From Octopus sinensis (lineage: Eukaryota), in NCBI RefSeq assembly GCF_006345805.1, contig NC_042999.1:127224001-127288000 (forward strand): DNA of 64,000 nt, read 5' to 3'. This document shows positions 26,218 through 39,470 of this stretch, in pieces. The notes beneath the pieces were generated by a model. It had not been told where the DNA came from. It worked only from the letters and a program-made list of their open reading frames with translations, and did not search any database. The translations under genes and the position numbers were made by a program. Every line of letters begins with the position of its first letter. Position 1 is the first letter of the stretch.

Positions 26218-26815
26218 ATCATCATCATCATCATCATTTAATGCCTGTTTTTCCATGTTGATATGGGCTGGACAGTTTGACAGGTGCTGGACAGTTTGAC
26301 AGGTGCTGGTCAGCTGGAGAGCTGCACTGCCTCTATGTCTATTTTGGTATGGTTTCTATAGCTGGATGCCCTTCTAACTCCATCCACAGAGTGTACTGAA
26401 TGCTTTTATGCAGTACTGGCACAGGTGCTTTCGTGTGGCATCGACATTTACATGGCATCAGCACCCATGAGCCCACAATATTAGGAATGCTCAGCTGAAG
26501 AATGATGCAGGGGACATGCCTGTATGCAAGGATGACCACGTATTTACTTAGCTTGATGTGTCTCCTCCAGCACAGCAAACTACCAGAAGTCTTGGTTTTC
26601 TGTCATTCCCTCTGTGAGTCCCAACATCTGAAGATCCTTCTTCACCACTTTGTCCCACATCTTCTTGGGTTTACTCCTTCCACACATTCCCTCCACAGTT
26701 AGAGCTCAGCAATTCTTGATGTAACTGTCTTCATTCATATGCATTACATAGCCATACCAGCACAGCCTTCTCTCTGGCACACTACATGTGATGCCCTGTG
26801 TATCAAGTTTTTCTC
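26218..26815 (-). mobile_element. RTE-clade LINE 3' end (ORF C-terminus, UTR and (GAT)n tail)
   Basis: RRLCWYGYVMHMNED...GRSKPKKMWDKVVKKDLQMLGLTEGMTENQDFW*FAVLEETHQAK* on the minus strand. Confidence 0.88.
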
Positions 26816-27128
26816 TCAGATATAAAAAATTGTGTAGAATAATAATTGTCCCTCTTTATATATGTATATATATATATTATTCCAAATTATGTATATATAT
26901 ATGTATGTGTGCGTATATATCTATACACACAAGAGAAAGGAAAAGGCCAGTACAACTTGGCAACTCATTTCTACAGCTGAGTGAACTGGAGCAACTTGAA
27001 ATAAAGTGTCTTGCTCAACAACACAAAACACAGCCTAGTCAGGGAATTGAGCTCACTACCTCACAATTGTGAGCCCAACACTCTAACCACTGAGCCATAT
27101 GCCTTCACTTAACCCATATATACATATA

Positions 27129-27320
27129 TCTAATATAATAAATGTGAAAACTAATTTCTGTGTGTCACACTTAGATCCCCTCTCTCACTATTCAATGACA
27201 CTCCTACTATTCCTCATGATGGAGTGAAAGTAATAGTAGGCATAGAGCCAGTGAGGGCAGTAGCGAAGACAAACAGAGAGAGAAAGAAAAAGAGAGGGAG
27301 AGAAAAAGAGACAAAGAAAT
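27129..27320 (+). mobile_element. Helitron family 2, 5' fragment
   Basis: A|TCTAATATAATAAATGtgaaaactaatttctgtgtgtcacactt aligns to 24495-24600. Confidence 0.6.
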
Positions 27321-27739
27321 TTAGGGAGAGTTGATGATGTTTTTATTAAAACCAAAAGTCCGAAAATAAACCAGAAATAATACTACCACTACCACTACCA
27401 CAAAACTAACAACTTCCTCTTTAAAAGCACATGTTTGAAAAGGCTTATAATGATCCTTTCTCTTGGCATGGAGAGGAGAGGATGGCATGTATGGGCGACT
27501 GCTGATCTCCCATAAACAACTTTGTCTGGACTTGTGCCTCAGAGGGTAACTCTCTAGGTGCAACCCCATGATCATTCATGACTGAAGGGGGGTCTTCACC
27601 CTTTACCCTTTGTATGTATATACATATACATACATACACACACACACACACACATATATATATTATATATGTGTGTGTGTGTGTGTGTATGTATGTATAT
27701 GTATATACATACAAAGGGTTATGTATATGTATGTATATA

Positions 27740-27787
<48 letters not shown>

Positions 27788-29077
27788 ATATATATGTATA
27801 TATAATATATTTATATTTATATATATATATATACATACATATACAATCCTCTCACAAGATTTGGTTGGCAATGCTTAAAGAGATTTGTCCAAGGCACCAT
27901 CTAGTGGGACTGAACCCAAAATGAGGCAGCTCAGAAATGAACTACTTAATGACACGGCCATATCTGCACCTACCTATATACACATATGCATGTATATGTA
28001 TGTTGTGTTTGTGTTTTTGTGTGTTTGTATGTATCTGTCCCTATGTCGGTCGGCTCTTTTGCAGTGAGACAGTTTTTTAAAAAAAATCATGTCAATTAGA
28101 CATTGTCAAGATAAGTATCAGACTTTAAAATAAACAGTACAAGGGTCAACATGATTAATTAAAACCCTTCACGGTGATACCCCAGTATAGACACAGTCCA
28201 ATGACTACATCAAGGAAAGCAGTAAAAGTGTAACAGATTTTTAACCGCATTTTTTTTCTTTTCTGTGCGTGTATATTTACAATATTTACATTTCGGTTAT
28301 CTTTCAACGAGTTTCGAGTTTGGTATCTGATCATTGCTATCGTGAGTGGATGGAGAGAGGGAGGCTTAGGCATGGCTGTGTTGTTAAGAACTTTGCTTTA
28401 TAATCATCTAGCTTCTGGTTCAATCCCACTGCAAGGCATCTCAGAAAACTCTCTTCTATTATAGCCAAGAATAAAGATTATCCGATGGCCCATATTTGTT
28501 ATTGAGTGGTAAACTTAATCCATTGCTCAGATCAATACTACATGTGTGCCCATTAAAAACACGCACCTATACACACACATATTTTTGGACACTGACAACC
28601 TCCTACATTCACATATATGTCTGCTAATTCTTACACATATGTACCCATATACACACCTGTTGTCTGCCCATTCTTATATAGATGAATACAACCACACAAC
28701 CACACATGCACATGCATGAATGTTGAAACATACATACACACATGCATGCACTGATATATATGTTGATATCTCTCTCTCTTTCTCTATATATATATATATA
28801 TATGTATATATTTTCTCTCTCTCTTTCCATATATATATATACATATATATATCGATAATAAATCCTGAGCAAGTCGTAAACAGTAGCAGCACAGAATCAT
28901 GAAGTATATTTGCCACCTAAATGTGGTGAACCCATAGGGGACGATGATACTGTTGTTTATAGCCTCAGGAAGACATCTCCTCCAGCTGGCTTACAACACA
29001 CTGTCTGTGTCCGATTAGCATTTGCGAAATAAATCATTGTTCCCATCTCTAGCCTTATGTGATACACATAGACTCGA

Positions 29078-29121
<44 letters not shown>

Positions 29122-29123
<2 letters not shown>

Positions 29124-29575
29124 AACTCTGAGGCCAGATGTGGTTTTATGGTCTGAAAAGACCAAGAAAGTGATCTTGATTGAGCTCACAGTTCCATAGG
29201 AAGAAGGGCGTGATCAGTCCCATAAACTGAAGCATGCCAAGTATGAGATCCTTCAGTAGGATTGCAGTGAGAAAGGGTGGCAATTATGGCTCTTCCCAGT
29301 CAAGGTTGGCTGTAGGGGTTTCCTTTCCCAGTCAGCTTGGAGGATGCTTACAGCCACTGGATGAGAGGAAACAAGCGAAGGGTGGCTGTGTAGAGGATGG
29401 GAAAAGCAGCTGAAAGAGCCTCTTGTTAGATTTGGAGCAAGGAAGAGGAGTTAAGCTGGAAGCCAGAAAATGAGGAACAGTGATTTGGCCACCTCTACTG
29501 ACCCACCAACAGGAGGTTGTTATGGTTCAGGGTCAAAACACCTAAAGAACGTAGAATACCATCTGCTGACATCAG
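29122..29575 (+). mobile_element. Hero-like non-LTR retrotransposon 3' end (restriction-like endonuclease)
   Basis: TLRPDVVLWSEKTKKVILIELTVP*EE...KHAKYE...KGWQLWLFPVKVGCRGF...AAERASC*IW, the PD..E..P REL domain with the typical Hero C-terminus. Two to four stops and one frameshift. Confidence 0.85.
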
Positions 29576-29639
29576 TTTCTCCTGGCCAAAGCTCTATTCA
29601 CTTTGGTGAGTGAAAAAAGCGCCTTCTTCTAGATGTTAT

Positions 29640-30120
29640 TAGGTGATATGCTGTACTTGAGAAGACCCATCAAGCCGAGTGAAATTGTAGCCATGGCCAA
29701 TGCTGGTGTCACATAACTGGCACCCATGCTGGTGGCACATAAAAAGCATATTTCGAGCTTTGGGCCTCACGGAGGCAAGGTGGCTGATGCCAGTGGTACA
29801 TAAAAAGCATATTTTGAGTGTTAGGCCTCATGGAGGCAATGAAAATGACAAAGATCTTTGGCATTATGTCGTACTAGAGAAGAAGACCCATCAAGCCAAG
29901 TGAAATCGTATTCATGGCAGATACTGGTGTCACACAGTGGAACATAAAAGCACCCATTACACTCTTGAGTGGTTGGCATTAGGAAGGGTTTCCAGCTGTA
30001 GAAATTATGGCAAATCAGACTATAGTCTGGTACAGCATTCCAGCTTGCCAGCCCTGGTCAACCATCCAACACATATTAGCATGGACTATGGACATTAAAT
30101 GATGATGTTGATAATGATGA
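29640..30120 (+). mobile_element. RTE-type 3' end with a duplicated ORF terminus
   Basis: YAVLEKTHQAE* at ~29648-29682 and again DKDLWHYVVLEKKTHQAK* ending at 29903, then UTR and a gatgatg tail. Confidence 0.8.
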
Positions 30121-30133
30121 TATATATATATAT

Positions 30134-30330
30134 ATAAATTAAATTAGAGATAAAACCACTATTAGGCAAATCAAACAATGAAAAACATAAAAATAAAAAT
30201 AATTAATATAATATACAAAATATATAAAATATAAAATTTAAAAATTTAAATTATTTAAATTTAAAATTAAAATTATTAATATTATTAATTTATATTTATA
30301 AAATTTTAATATTTTTTATACATATATATA
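30134..30330 (-). mobile_element. AT-rich pLTR tail of the same PLE family as 15404-16172
   Basis: aattagagataaaaccactattaggcaaatcaaacaa is the reverse complement of the 16120-16170 motif. Confidence 0.6.
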
Positions 30331-31548
30331 TATATATATATTTTATACACAATATAAATGAGTGTATGTATGTATAGCACAGAAAGGCTCTGAAATGGTG
30401 CAACCTTTAGAAAAACAGATTTGATTTTCGAAAAACGTGTGTCAACAAAAGGTTATTGGTAATTAGTAATAAAAAATACATAATTTGCTTAGAGAAATAA
30501 CTCAACTTTTAAATCACCAAATCTACCTCACTCTGTCTATCAGATTTTCTCTATCTTTTATGCTTTTCCCCTAATATTTATCTACCACACTCTTTGTCAC
30601 TCTGTCTCTCTGTATATGTATATCTCACTCATACATGTTGCTTCTCCCCATTCTCTTGATATTACATGTAATGCAATATCAAGAGCATCTCTCTCTGCAT
30701 AAATTATTTACATGCCTTTATTAAAATTATTTCACATAACTTTATTAAAACTTCTTTTGTTTAAAACTTCTTACAACTTTCATCCTTGCAATGTTTTGCC
30801 TTCATTTTGATTAAGACTTCATTGTTGATGTTTGCTGCTTTTATTTTGTGATAGACAACTATCAAACAGAAAATGCTAGTTTCCAAATCCTGTTTTCTGA
30901 TTGGGCGAAAATGATCAGACTTTAAACCTCTGTAACATTTTTCTACAATTTTTCTGGAATAAATGAATCACAGAATTGGATTCAGTATGAAAAATTACAT
31001 CAACATACCAAACTTGGAGATTTTCACTTAATTTTAAAATTTCAACATTTGTGACAACAACAAAAAAAATCCCTCTATCTATCAATATCTGTCTTTTAAG
31101 CATTTCTCATTGTAAACTTGCCCTTCTCTATATATATTTACCACACTCTCTTTCACTCTTTCTCTTTCTCTGAGAATGTGTATGTTTGTATGTGTCCATG
31201 CATGTCTATGCATGTGTGTGTCACTATGTGTGTATGAATGTGTGTCAGGAATTTTACTATGGCAACAGAGCCAAAAGGCTCTCCCAAAGCATCAGCTGCA
31301 AACTAAGAATAATCTTTACATCTATGTACCAAAGGATAAAACGAAAACTTCGTTTATCAAGACATTATGAATTACACCAAATAATGCAGAATCAATCCTA
31401 ATCAAGAGACTTATCTCTTAGAGAGGACATGGTCTGACACGGAATAAAAAAAATCTAAATAAAGGCTTTCTATTGTAAAAATTGTCTGGCAATGACAGCC
31501 TACTCAGCTAGTATATCAAGTGCATACACACACACACACACACACACA

Positions 31549-31579
<31 letters not shown>

Positions 31580-31806
31580 TATATATACGTATATGAAGCA
31601 AATGATAGAGATGGAAAATGGAATACATGGGAAACTTTATTGCTCACAATGATCATTTCAACACATCCTGCAACGATCCCTTGTGGGTGGGAAACTATAC
31701 AGCTAGTTGTGGTGCATCCCTTGGTGCAGAGGCATCTTGTCGGTTGATGTCATAAGAGGTGTCTTGTTAAATGACCTCTGTTTCACTTGGATTTTTCTGA
31801 TGGCCG

Positions 31807-31867
31807 GATAACTGAAGAGATGGTGGCATGAATTTCCACCTTGGCATCCGAAACTTGGAGTTTTGTC
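31807..31867 (+). ncRNA. Minimal type I hammerhead ribozyme
   Basis: gauaa CUGAAGA GAUG GUGG caugaauuu CCAC cuugg CAUC c GAAA cuuggag UU^ uuguc. Stem I is 5 bp, stem III near-palindromic ACUU-G-GAGU, GUU triplet. Confidence 0.7.
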
Positions 31868-32833
31868 ATGGCTACCGAATAATTGTCACATATTACATTT
31901 ACAGACATATATATATATATATAGACATATATAGATATATAAATATTTCTGTCTAGCAACCAACCCACTTTCTGCTTGAAGATTATCTTTTTTGATTACA
32001 CTTGAACTTATCCAAAACACACACACGTGCATGCACTTAGGCATATGCGCACACATGCACACACACATACATGTAAACTCCTTGAGTGTCCTTAGCATTC
32101 AATTACACTTCACTACATTACAAGTGTTCGGATCAGGTCTGAGGAACACTCAATATCCTTAGGCACTGCTTGAAATTTCAGTGGTCTAAGGAGTGAAAGT
32201 TCTTGGCTTCTTCTCATCCTCTCACCAGTCTTGGAGGCTCCTGCAAAAACAAAGCAAGAAAATAAAATTATGGCTGCCACTCTTTTGTAGTAATCTTTTA
32301 GCATTCAGATTCTTCTGTCAAATGTAATGCATATTAATTCACATTGTTTTCAATTATCTTGTAGCTTCCAGATTTCTATGGTGTGGCTCTTTCTCTTTTT
32401 ACAATGACATGGTAGGATATGTGTGAGAGACTACATATAGTCAGTTTCAACATAAAACAGATAAAATATTTTGATTTGATATGGCTGGTTTAAATACTAA
32501 ACAGTTACACCATCAATTGAGTGTCTTAATCTGCTATGTATCAAATCCTAAACAAGAATTACAACAAAAAATTAATCGGTGACAGAGTTCTTATGCAGCA
32601 AGCCATATTAATTACAAAGCCATTGATAGCCATTTTAATTACTGACGTTTGCTGGTGCTGACCATAATTAACTTTCTTGGACTTTATCTTCCATTGATTC
32701 TAGCTTTTGTCAAAGACATGCATGAGAATCTTCTTGTTTTTACAGACTGTAAGGAATTGGAAACCCCCATGACAACCTTTCTGCTTCTTTCACTGAATCT
32801 ATCTAATTCTCTCTCTCTCTCTTTTTTCTTTCT

Positions 32834-32899
<66 letters not shown>

Positions 32900-32902
<3 letters not shown>

Positions 32903-33681
32903 AGGTATGTAGAAAAATACAACATGGACAAGAGCGTATAACTCATAGAAGACGATACATAAACATGGACAGGACATTCGAACCCCTCCGTCTTCAGTCA
33001 AGAACCGGATCATCGTAGTAATTTCGGCTGATTAATCTTGAGATTACTAGATCACGGCCATCCCTCCGAGAAACTAAGCTGGAAGCGTAGATTTCCTGGA
33101 AGAAGGATCGAATGCATACGAACACAGGACAGCAAAGGACAGATATAGAAAAACAAAAAACAATAATGGAATACAGAAACATGAAATACAGAAGATTAAC
33201 GGTGAGAACAACAAGTGTCTACGACTGATAACAAGCAAACAAATTTTTTCTCTGGCTCATTGGAAAAGCCTTATAGCGGCGGACGAAGAACAACGATGTT
33301 AACACGACGAGGGTCAGGAGCTGAAAGGCAGATTTCGGCCAACAGTCACGTGACAGAGAGAGAGAGAGAGAAAAGGGGGACAAAACGCCAAAAGAGAGAG
33401 AAGAAGAGAAAGAAGGAATCAGAGAGGAGAAGGGATGGGTGTCGAAGAATGACCTGTGAGTGCAGAGCGAGACAAAGAAATAGGAGGGTAGTGGAAGACT
33501 AGACAAAGGATCAGAGGAAAGGGAAGATGAATAGAGAGAAAGAAAAATGAGAGGAGAGAGAGACAAACAGAGAGTCGTACCAATATTAAGATATGTGTTC
33601 ACATTAATGATAAAGGGGGTACGGGCGCCTGGAATATATGTTAAGGTATGTAGAAAAATACAACATGGACAAGAACGTATA
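32900..33681 (-). mobile_element. Probable PLE-type element bounded by a 41-bp direct repeat
   Basis: ttaaggtatgtagaaaaatacaacatggacaaga(g/a)cgtata at 32900-32940 and 33641-33681. CpG-rich, young-looking interior with a CUGAAGA motif on the minus strand but no canonical GAAA. The class is inferred from architecture only. Confidence 0.5.
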
Positions 33682-33797
33682 TATATATATATATATCTTT
33701 CTCTGTCTCTTTCTATCTATTTATCTATCTATCAATCTGTCTGCCTGCCTGTCTGTCTATGTATGTATGTATGTATGTATGTATGTATGTATGTATG

Positions 33798-33835
<38 letters not shown>

Positions 33836-35574
33836 AACTTACATATCTGATTGTCTTTCTCTACCAGTGTCTTTCTAACTTACAATATCTTCTTTTTCTG
33901 CATTCTCTAATTCTTTTGTTCTTCCTCTCTTTTATAAAGTGCTCACATTTTGCACTAAGGGAACTGGATGTATAAGGAAGTGTTGGTATGTGTGTGTGTG
34001 TGTGTGTGTGTGTGTTTGTAATCATGTATGTGCATGTATGAATGTCTGTATATGAGTATGTATATGAGTATATGAGTTCAGAAACTAGGAAACGAAGGTG
34101 TGAGAGAAAAGCAAAAAAGAGGGAGTCACTGTAGAATGAGATGGAGTGAAAAACTTATTTAAAGTGAGGGTGATTATGGAACATATGCTAATATGGGGGA
34201 GTGATGAGACAGCCACCACAATTGGAAGAAGCAACTGGGAGAGAGAGAGGGAGAAAGATAGAGGGAGTGAGAGACCGGAGAACGGGAAGAGAGAAAGATA
34301 ACTATAGAATCAAAAAAGATAGATATGCTAAACACATGAGACACTGTATCATGACATTGCATCACATGACTAAATGGAAAAAGCAGACAACATATCACAT
34401 GACAAATAAACAAGAAGATAATGTTATTTTGTGCGTCTGATGCTTATGTTTTTTATGGTGTGTCATTTATGCAATTTTATTTTGATGTTAATTATACATT
34501 AAAGAAATTTAAGCAAACATATTAAGAAATATAAAGAAGATGATGCGAACTATTGAGAAGGATGAGTAGGAAAGATACCCTGTTAAATCTTGCTTAGAAA
34601 ATTGGCCACACACATCCATATTCTTGCTGCGTTCAAGTCTTGACAATTTTGCTTTTATTTCCAGTTAGGAGCTGTTTCACTTATATTGGTGTACATGCAT
34701 ACCTATACAGTTAAAAAGTTTGCTTCATAACCAAGAGGTTTGGGGTTCCATTTCACTGTATGGTACCTTGGGCAAGTGTCCTTTAACATAGTTTTTGGCT
34801 GATCAATGCCTTTTGAGTGGAAAATGGTAGATAGAAATTGTGTGGAATCCCATTATATATGTGTATGTATTTATGTATGTATTATGTATGTATGTATGTA
34901 TGTATGCATGTACATATGTACATATGTATTCATGTATGCATGTATATATGTATGTATATGCATGTGTGTATGTATGTGTGCATGAATGTTTGCATTGTGT
35001 ATGTATGCACACATTCATACACATATGTATGCATGCACATATGCATGTATGTGCATGCATGTGTGTATGTATGTGTTCATCAATGTTTGAACTGTGTACA
35101 TCTCTTAATACTGTTTGAGCTAAAAGGGTAATTTTCTTTTTAGATCTCCTATAAACAATACACCCCATAGTTCTGTGTTTTGCAGGGCAATTGGAATTTT
35201 TAAAATCTCTTGTAAAAGAGGTAAGGGTTGATAGCAGAAAGAGTCCTTCTGTTTATAGTGGTTGGTTAGTCTACATTACTCAGTAAGGAGAATAGGGCTG
35301 GTTTTCCAGTTTCTCTGACATATATATTCCTTTCTGGATAGGACACTGGTCCATCATAGAATTACTCATTTTCATCAACTGCATGGCCTGGAGCAATGTG
35401 AAACGAAGTGTCTTTTCACAAGAACACAATGCACCACCAAGTCCAGGAATATAAACCACAATATTATGATTGAGTCTTTCAATAAGGCAACACCCTACAA
35501 TGCATTTGAGGTATTGGTACTGATTCCAACATTTGGTGTACTTGACTGGTCTGTAGAATAAATCCACTCTATAG

Positions 35575-37070
35575 ATGTTAAAACCTGCAAAATACTGGCA
35601 TGAACCGGAAATCTCTACAAGAATAGTGATACTGACAGGCTCTATCTAAGAGATGAAAGACTTAGAGGCTTGAGCTCAATGCAGACAGCCTGCAGATGTC
35701 ATACAGCCTCTCTCAGACAACACTTCCTAAACAACAGCAGTAAAAATAAATACATAAACTCAGTACTGAAAAGTGAAGAGAACAATATCCTATGTGTTGG
35801 CAGCAAACTCCTCAGAAAGCATTCTCGCACTGATGGCCTCCTATTCAATTCCCAAAATACCTCAAAGAAGACTTGGATATGAAAGGCTCAACATACCAAA
35901 AAAAAAAAAAGACCATGTATGGGTATGTTTCCCTGAAGACTTGAAGAAGACAGTAATATTGGTATGAAATGCAGCCTCTCTTGGATTCATGGCTACTACA
36001 TCACATCACACTTCAAAAACTATGCATTTGCAATCCAAGAACAGTAGATTGCTACTAAATACCTAATCAACAAAAGAGACAATGAAGCCTTTAGAGTTCC
36101 ATGATGCAACCAAAAATGTAGATTATGTCATATTTCTGTGGAAGACATCACACAGGTGATTAACTGCTACCCAAAAATATCATCAAGTTGCTTCCTCCCT
36201 ACCCAACATGTTGTTGTCGCAAAAATTATATACGAGGCCACTTAGAAAAAAAGACTGTTGTAGAATAAATATAGAGAATCCCCCTGTTATTGAATATGTG
36301 CACAAATACTAGCACAAGGAATACTGGTGGAACATTCCCATCAAAACATATCAAGTGTAAACATAATAGGCTGGATATTGTTGTTTGGGACAGACAAGAA
36401 AAAGTATGTACCATCATAGATAGAGGTCAGCTGTCCTACTAATGTGAACATCTCTTTCAAAATCAAAGAAAGAAGTTGACTATGGACAACCGGCTTCTAT
36501 ATCCAGATTATAAATTCACATTTATACCAATAATGATTGGTGGACTTGGTTTTGTTATTTGCCTAAATATGTTTCTTTATTAGCCACACAGGGCTGAACA
36601 CAGAGGGAACAAATTACAAAGTAGAGCTTTTCTTTTTGGGGATAAAAAAAAGGAAAATAAAAATAAAAAATAAAAAGGGGGTAGGTTTTCGATCAAAAGG
36701 GATCATAAAAAGAGAGAAAAAAAAATCAATAGGGATCATGTATCACAGAAATGTCATGATGTAAAGTGTAAAGGGGGAAGCAGATAAGGTTTATCCATGG
36801 AAAGAAAAGCCTACGGAAAAGACCACAGTAACCATGGTCAATAATGTCACATGTTAACACATTTATTTGCAAGTAAGTAATTCTCTGTTTTAAATTTTTC
36901 CAGGTTCATAGGATTATGCTCAAGATGGCTTTGTCATTCATATGTGCCAACAATCTTGATAAGCTAGGATTTTGAGAAAAAGAAATCAACCAGCAAACTT
37001 GCACATTACAAATACAGTCTGTAAGTGGAACAGTAATAATATACAAGACTTTTCTCAGGTTCAAAATGTG
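35575..37070 (+). mobile_element. R4/NeSL-like REL-endonuclease retrotransposon 3' portion, split by an insert at ~36566-36920
   Basis: SDTDRLYL..RGL, AFAIQEQ*IATKYLINKRD, KCRLC..VEDITQVINCYP (decayed CCHC knuckle), KEYWWNIPIK..HNRLDIVVWD..EVSCP (REL), FIPIMIGGLG. Resumes LDKLGF*EKEI..LQIQSVSGTVIIYKTFLRF at ~36950-37070. Confidence 0.8.
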
Positions 37071-37180
37071 ACATTGTTTTTGTTAACTACATTTCAATGT
37101 TGGAGCTTTGTATCTTTGCTAGAAACCAGCTTCTTCTCCTGAGAAAGTATTTAAATGATTTAAATAATTGAAAACAGAAA

Positions 37181-37230
<50 letters not shown>

Positions 37231-38740
37231 TACAATGAGCTTCTGCATTGTTTCAATAAACCAGCTTCACTCACAAGGAATTAGTCAACCTGAAGCTATA
37301 GTAGAGAACATTTGTCCAAGATGTCATGCACTGAGACTGAACTCGAAGCCATGTGGTTGCAAAGTGAACACTTTTCCGCCAAGCAGCCATACTTACACCT
37401 GTATTTTGACTGTGAATCAGTTGAAGTCACTGCTGTTGTTGGTAATAAAATCTATAGTATACTTATAAAGGAAAAACTGCTGCAACATATTAGACCAGGG
37501 AAGGCAGAACTCAGTTTTTCCCTATCTAGCATTTCTACAGCCATTATTGAGCCCTGTCTAATGGCAAATGACAATGATGGCTATAGTTTCTGGTCAATGA
37601 TTTGGGATTTTTTTCTATAGCCATAACATTTCATCATACTGTCTTTAACTGTGACTCAATATCCAGCCCAGCAAACTACCCTAACCTAACACTTCCCTAG
37701 GATTACCTCTTCTCTTTGAAAAGGCATGACCATTGCAATTTCCTGTTTCCTTCCTAGGCTTCTAGACTATGTAACTCACATAAACAATATGAATGAAAGC
37801 AATGTTATGAGATGTTTGTCAAAATTAATCAGATATTCGCTTATTTAGGTCATCAATGAACTTTCTCACAAAGCTGGTTATATAACTGATGTTGTTCTCA
37901 TGAACAACAATATGTAAATGGAATGCACACATAAAAAAAAGATCAAAGTAATAACTTCTGGATGATAGCAATCTCAACCATGTATTTTTCCAAAGTTCCT
38001 TTCAATACTTCAAACTCTATCGATATCTATAATAATAGAAGTCTTGATGACCTTATGTTGGATTTAAAAGTCTAGATTTCCATAATGATTTCTCTTCCCT
38101 TATCACTAAGGGCATCTTTGCTAAAACCCTAAACCTACATAAACCAGTTATATAAAAGAAAATCTCATTTTCCATATAACTAAATTGGATAGAATATTGA
38201 TTTCACTGAGATATGCAGAACTAGAAGAAAAACTGGATAAAAATCAGTCTACATGAAAAAAAAAAAAAAAAAAAGGATGTTAACACTAAACTGGCAATAG
38301 AAAAGCAAAATCAATTGTTTTGGCAGTAAAAGTTGGCATTTGTCAAAATTCTGCATAGAGAAACATTCTTTAATTCTGTACTATATTGTTTGTTACAGAG
38401 CAAAAAAAAAAAAAAAGCACTTATCTGTTCTCTGACTATACACATAGTCTGAGCAATAATCTTAACAATCTTTAAAGCAAAATTCTATATACAGTGATAA
38501 AACTTAGAAGTTTGATTCCGATTTAAATTCTTCACTTTTAAAGGGAAAAAGGAATGAACTTTTCTGGTTATAACTAATTATCTTCACACTGACAAGGTGA
38601 TTTAAAATAATTTTTCAAGTGACAATTTTGTATCTATTCTTATTGAAAAACCTTTTTAACGTAATAATTGTTCTTATTAAAATCTTTTCAAAATGGCTTG
38701 AGAAAAAGCTTAAAATATGAGTTTATAATGGAAATAAATA

Positions 38741-38803
<63 letters not shown>

Positions 38804-39155
38804 AGTTGGCACTGGCTATATGTTGTCTATACATGCATCTATTAACAATAGACCAACATATTCTCTGGATTTTTTTCCTGATATTCTTAAACTTCGTTAA
38901 TGTATAACAAGGCTTTCAAATTTTTGGCACAAGACCAGCAGACTTGGAGAAGGGGTAAGTCAATTACATGGATCCCAGTGTTTAACTGGTACTTATTTTA
39001 CTGACCCCCAAAAGGATGAAAGGCAAAGTCGACCTCCATGGGATTAGAACTCAATACATGAAGATGGATGAAATGCTGCTAAGCATTTTGTCCAGCTTGC
39101 TAACAATTCTACCAGCTCACTGTGTGTGTGTGTGTATACATATGTATGTGCATAT

Positions 39156-39204
<49 letters not shown>

Positions 39205-39209
<5 letters not shown>

Positions 39210-39470
39210 TCTGAAAAAACATAAATCCAAAAGAAGCACACTCTAAGATATAGAGCAGTATATATTAAAAATGGGGGCGGCTGGTTTATGGGATTATCTT
39301 AGGTTTCCCATCCATAAAGAGTTTAGCTTTATGGTGTATCGTCAGATCCCAAAACCTTTTGGCCTAAGGCCTCTTAAGAATATAGAGGAGGAAATGCCTC
39401 ACTACTCAAAGGTAACAATAGGAATTATCTCCTTTGGCTATCGGCTATCAACTTCCAGCTGTGCCACCAT
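39205..39470 (-). mobile_element. PLE pLTR family X copy
   Basis: aaaacataaatcc...gaagcacactctaaga..tagagcagt aligns with 60980-61160 and carries a hammerhead. Confidence 0.7.
39290..39350 (-). ncRNA. Minimal type I hammerhead ribozyme (family X)
   Basis: gggau CUGACGA uaca CCAUAAAG cuaaacu CUUUAUGG augg GAAA ccuaaga UA^ auccc. Perfect 5-bp stem I, 8-bp stem II, one C.A mismatch in stem III. Confidence 0.75.

Noticed and set aside
37850-38220. Weak resemblance to PLE RT (DFSSLITKGIFAKTLN)
   Set aside because: Similarity is too low to support by eye; needs an HMM search.
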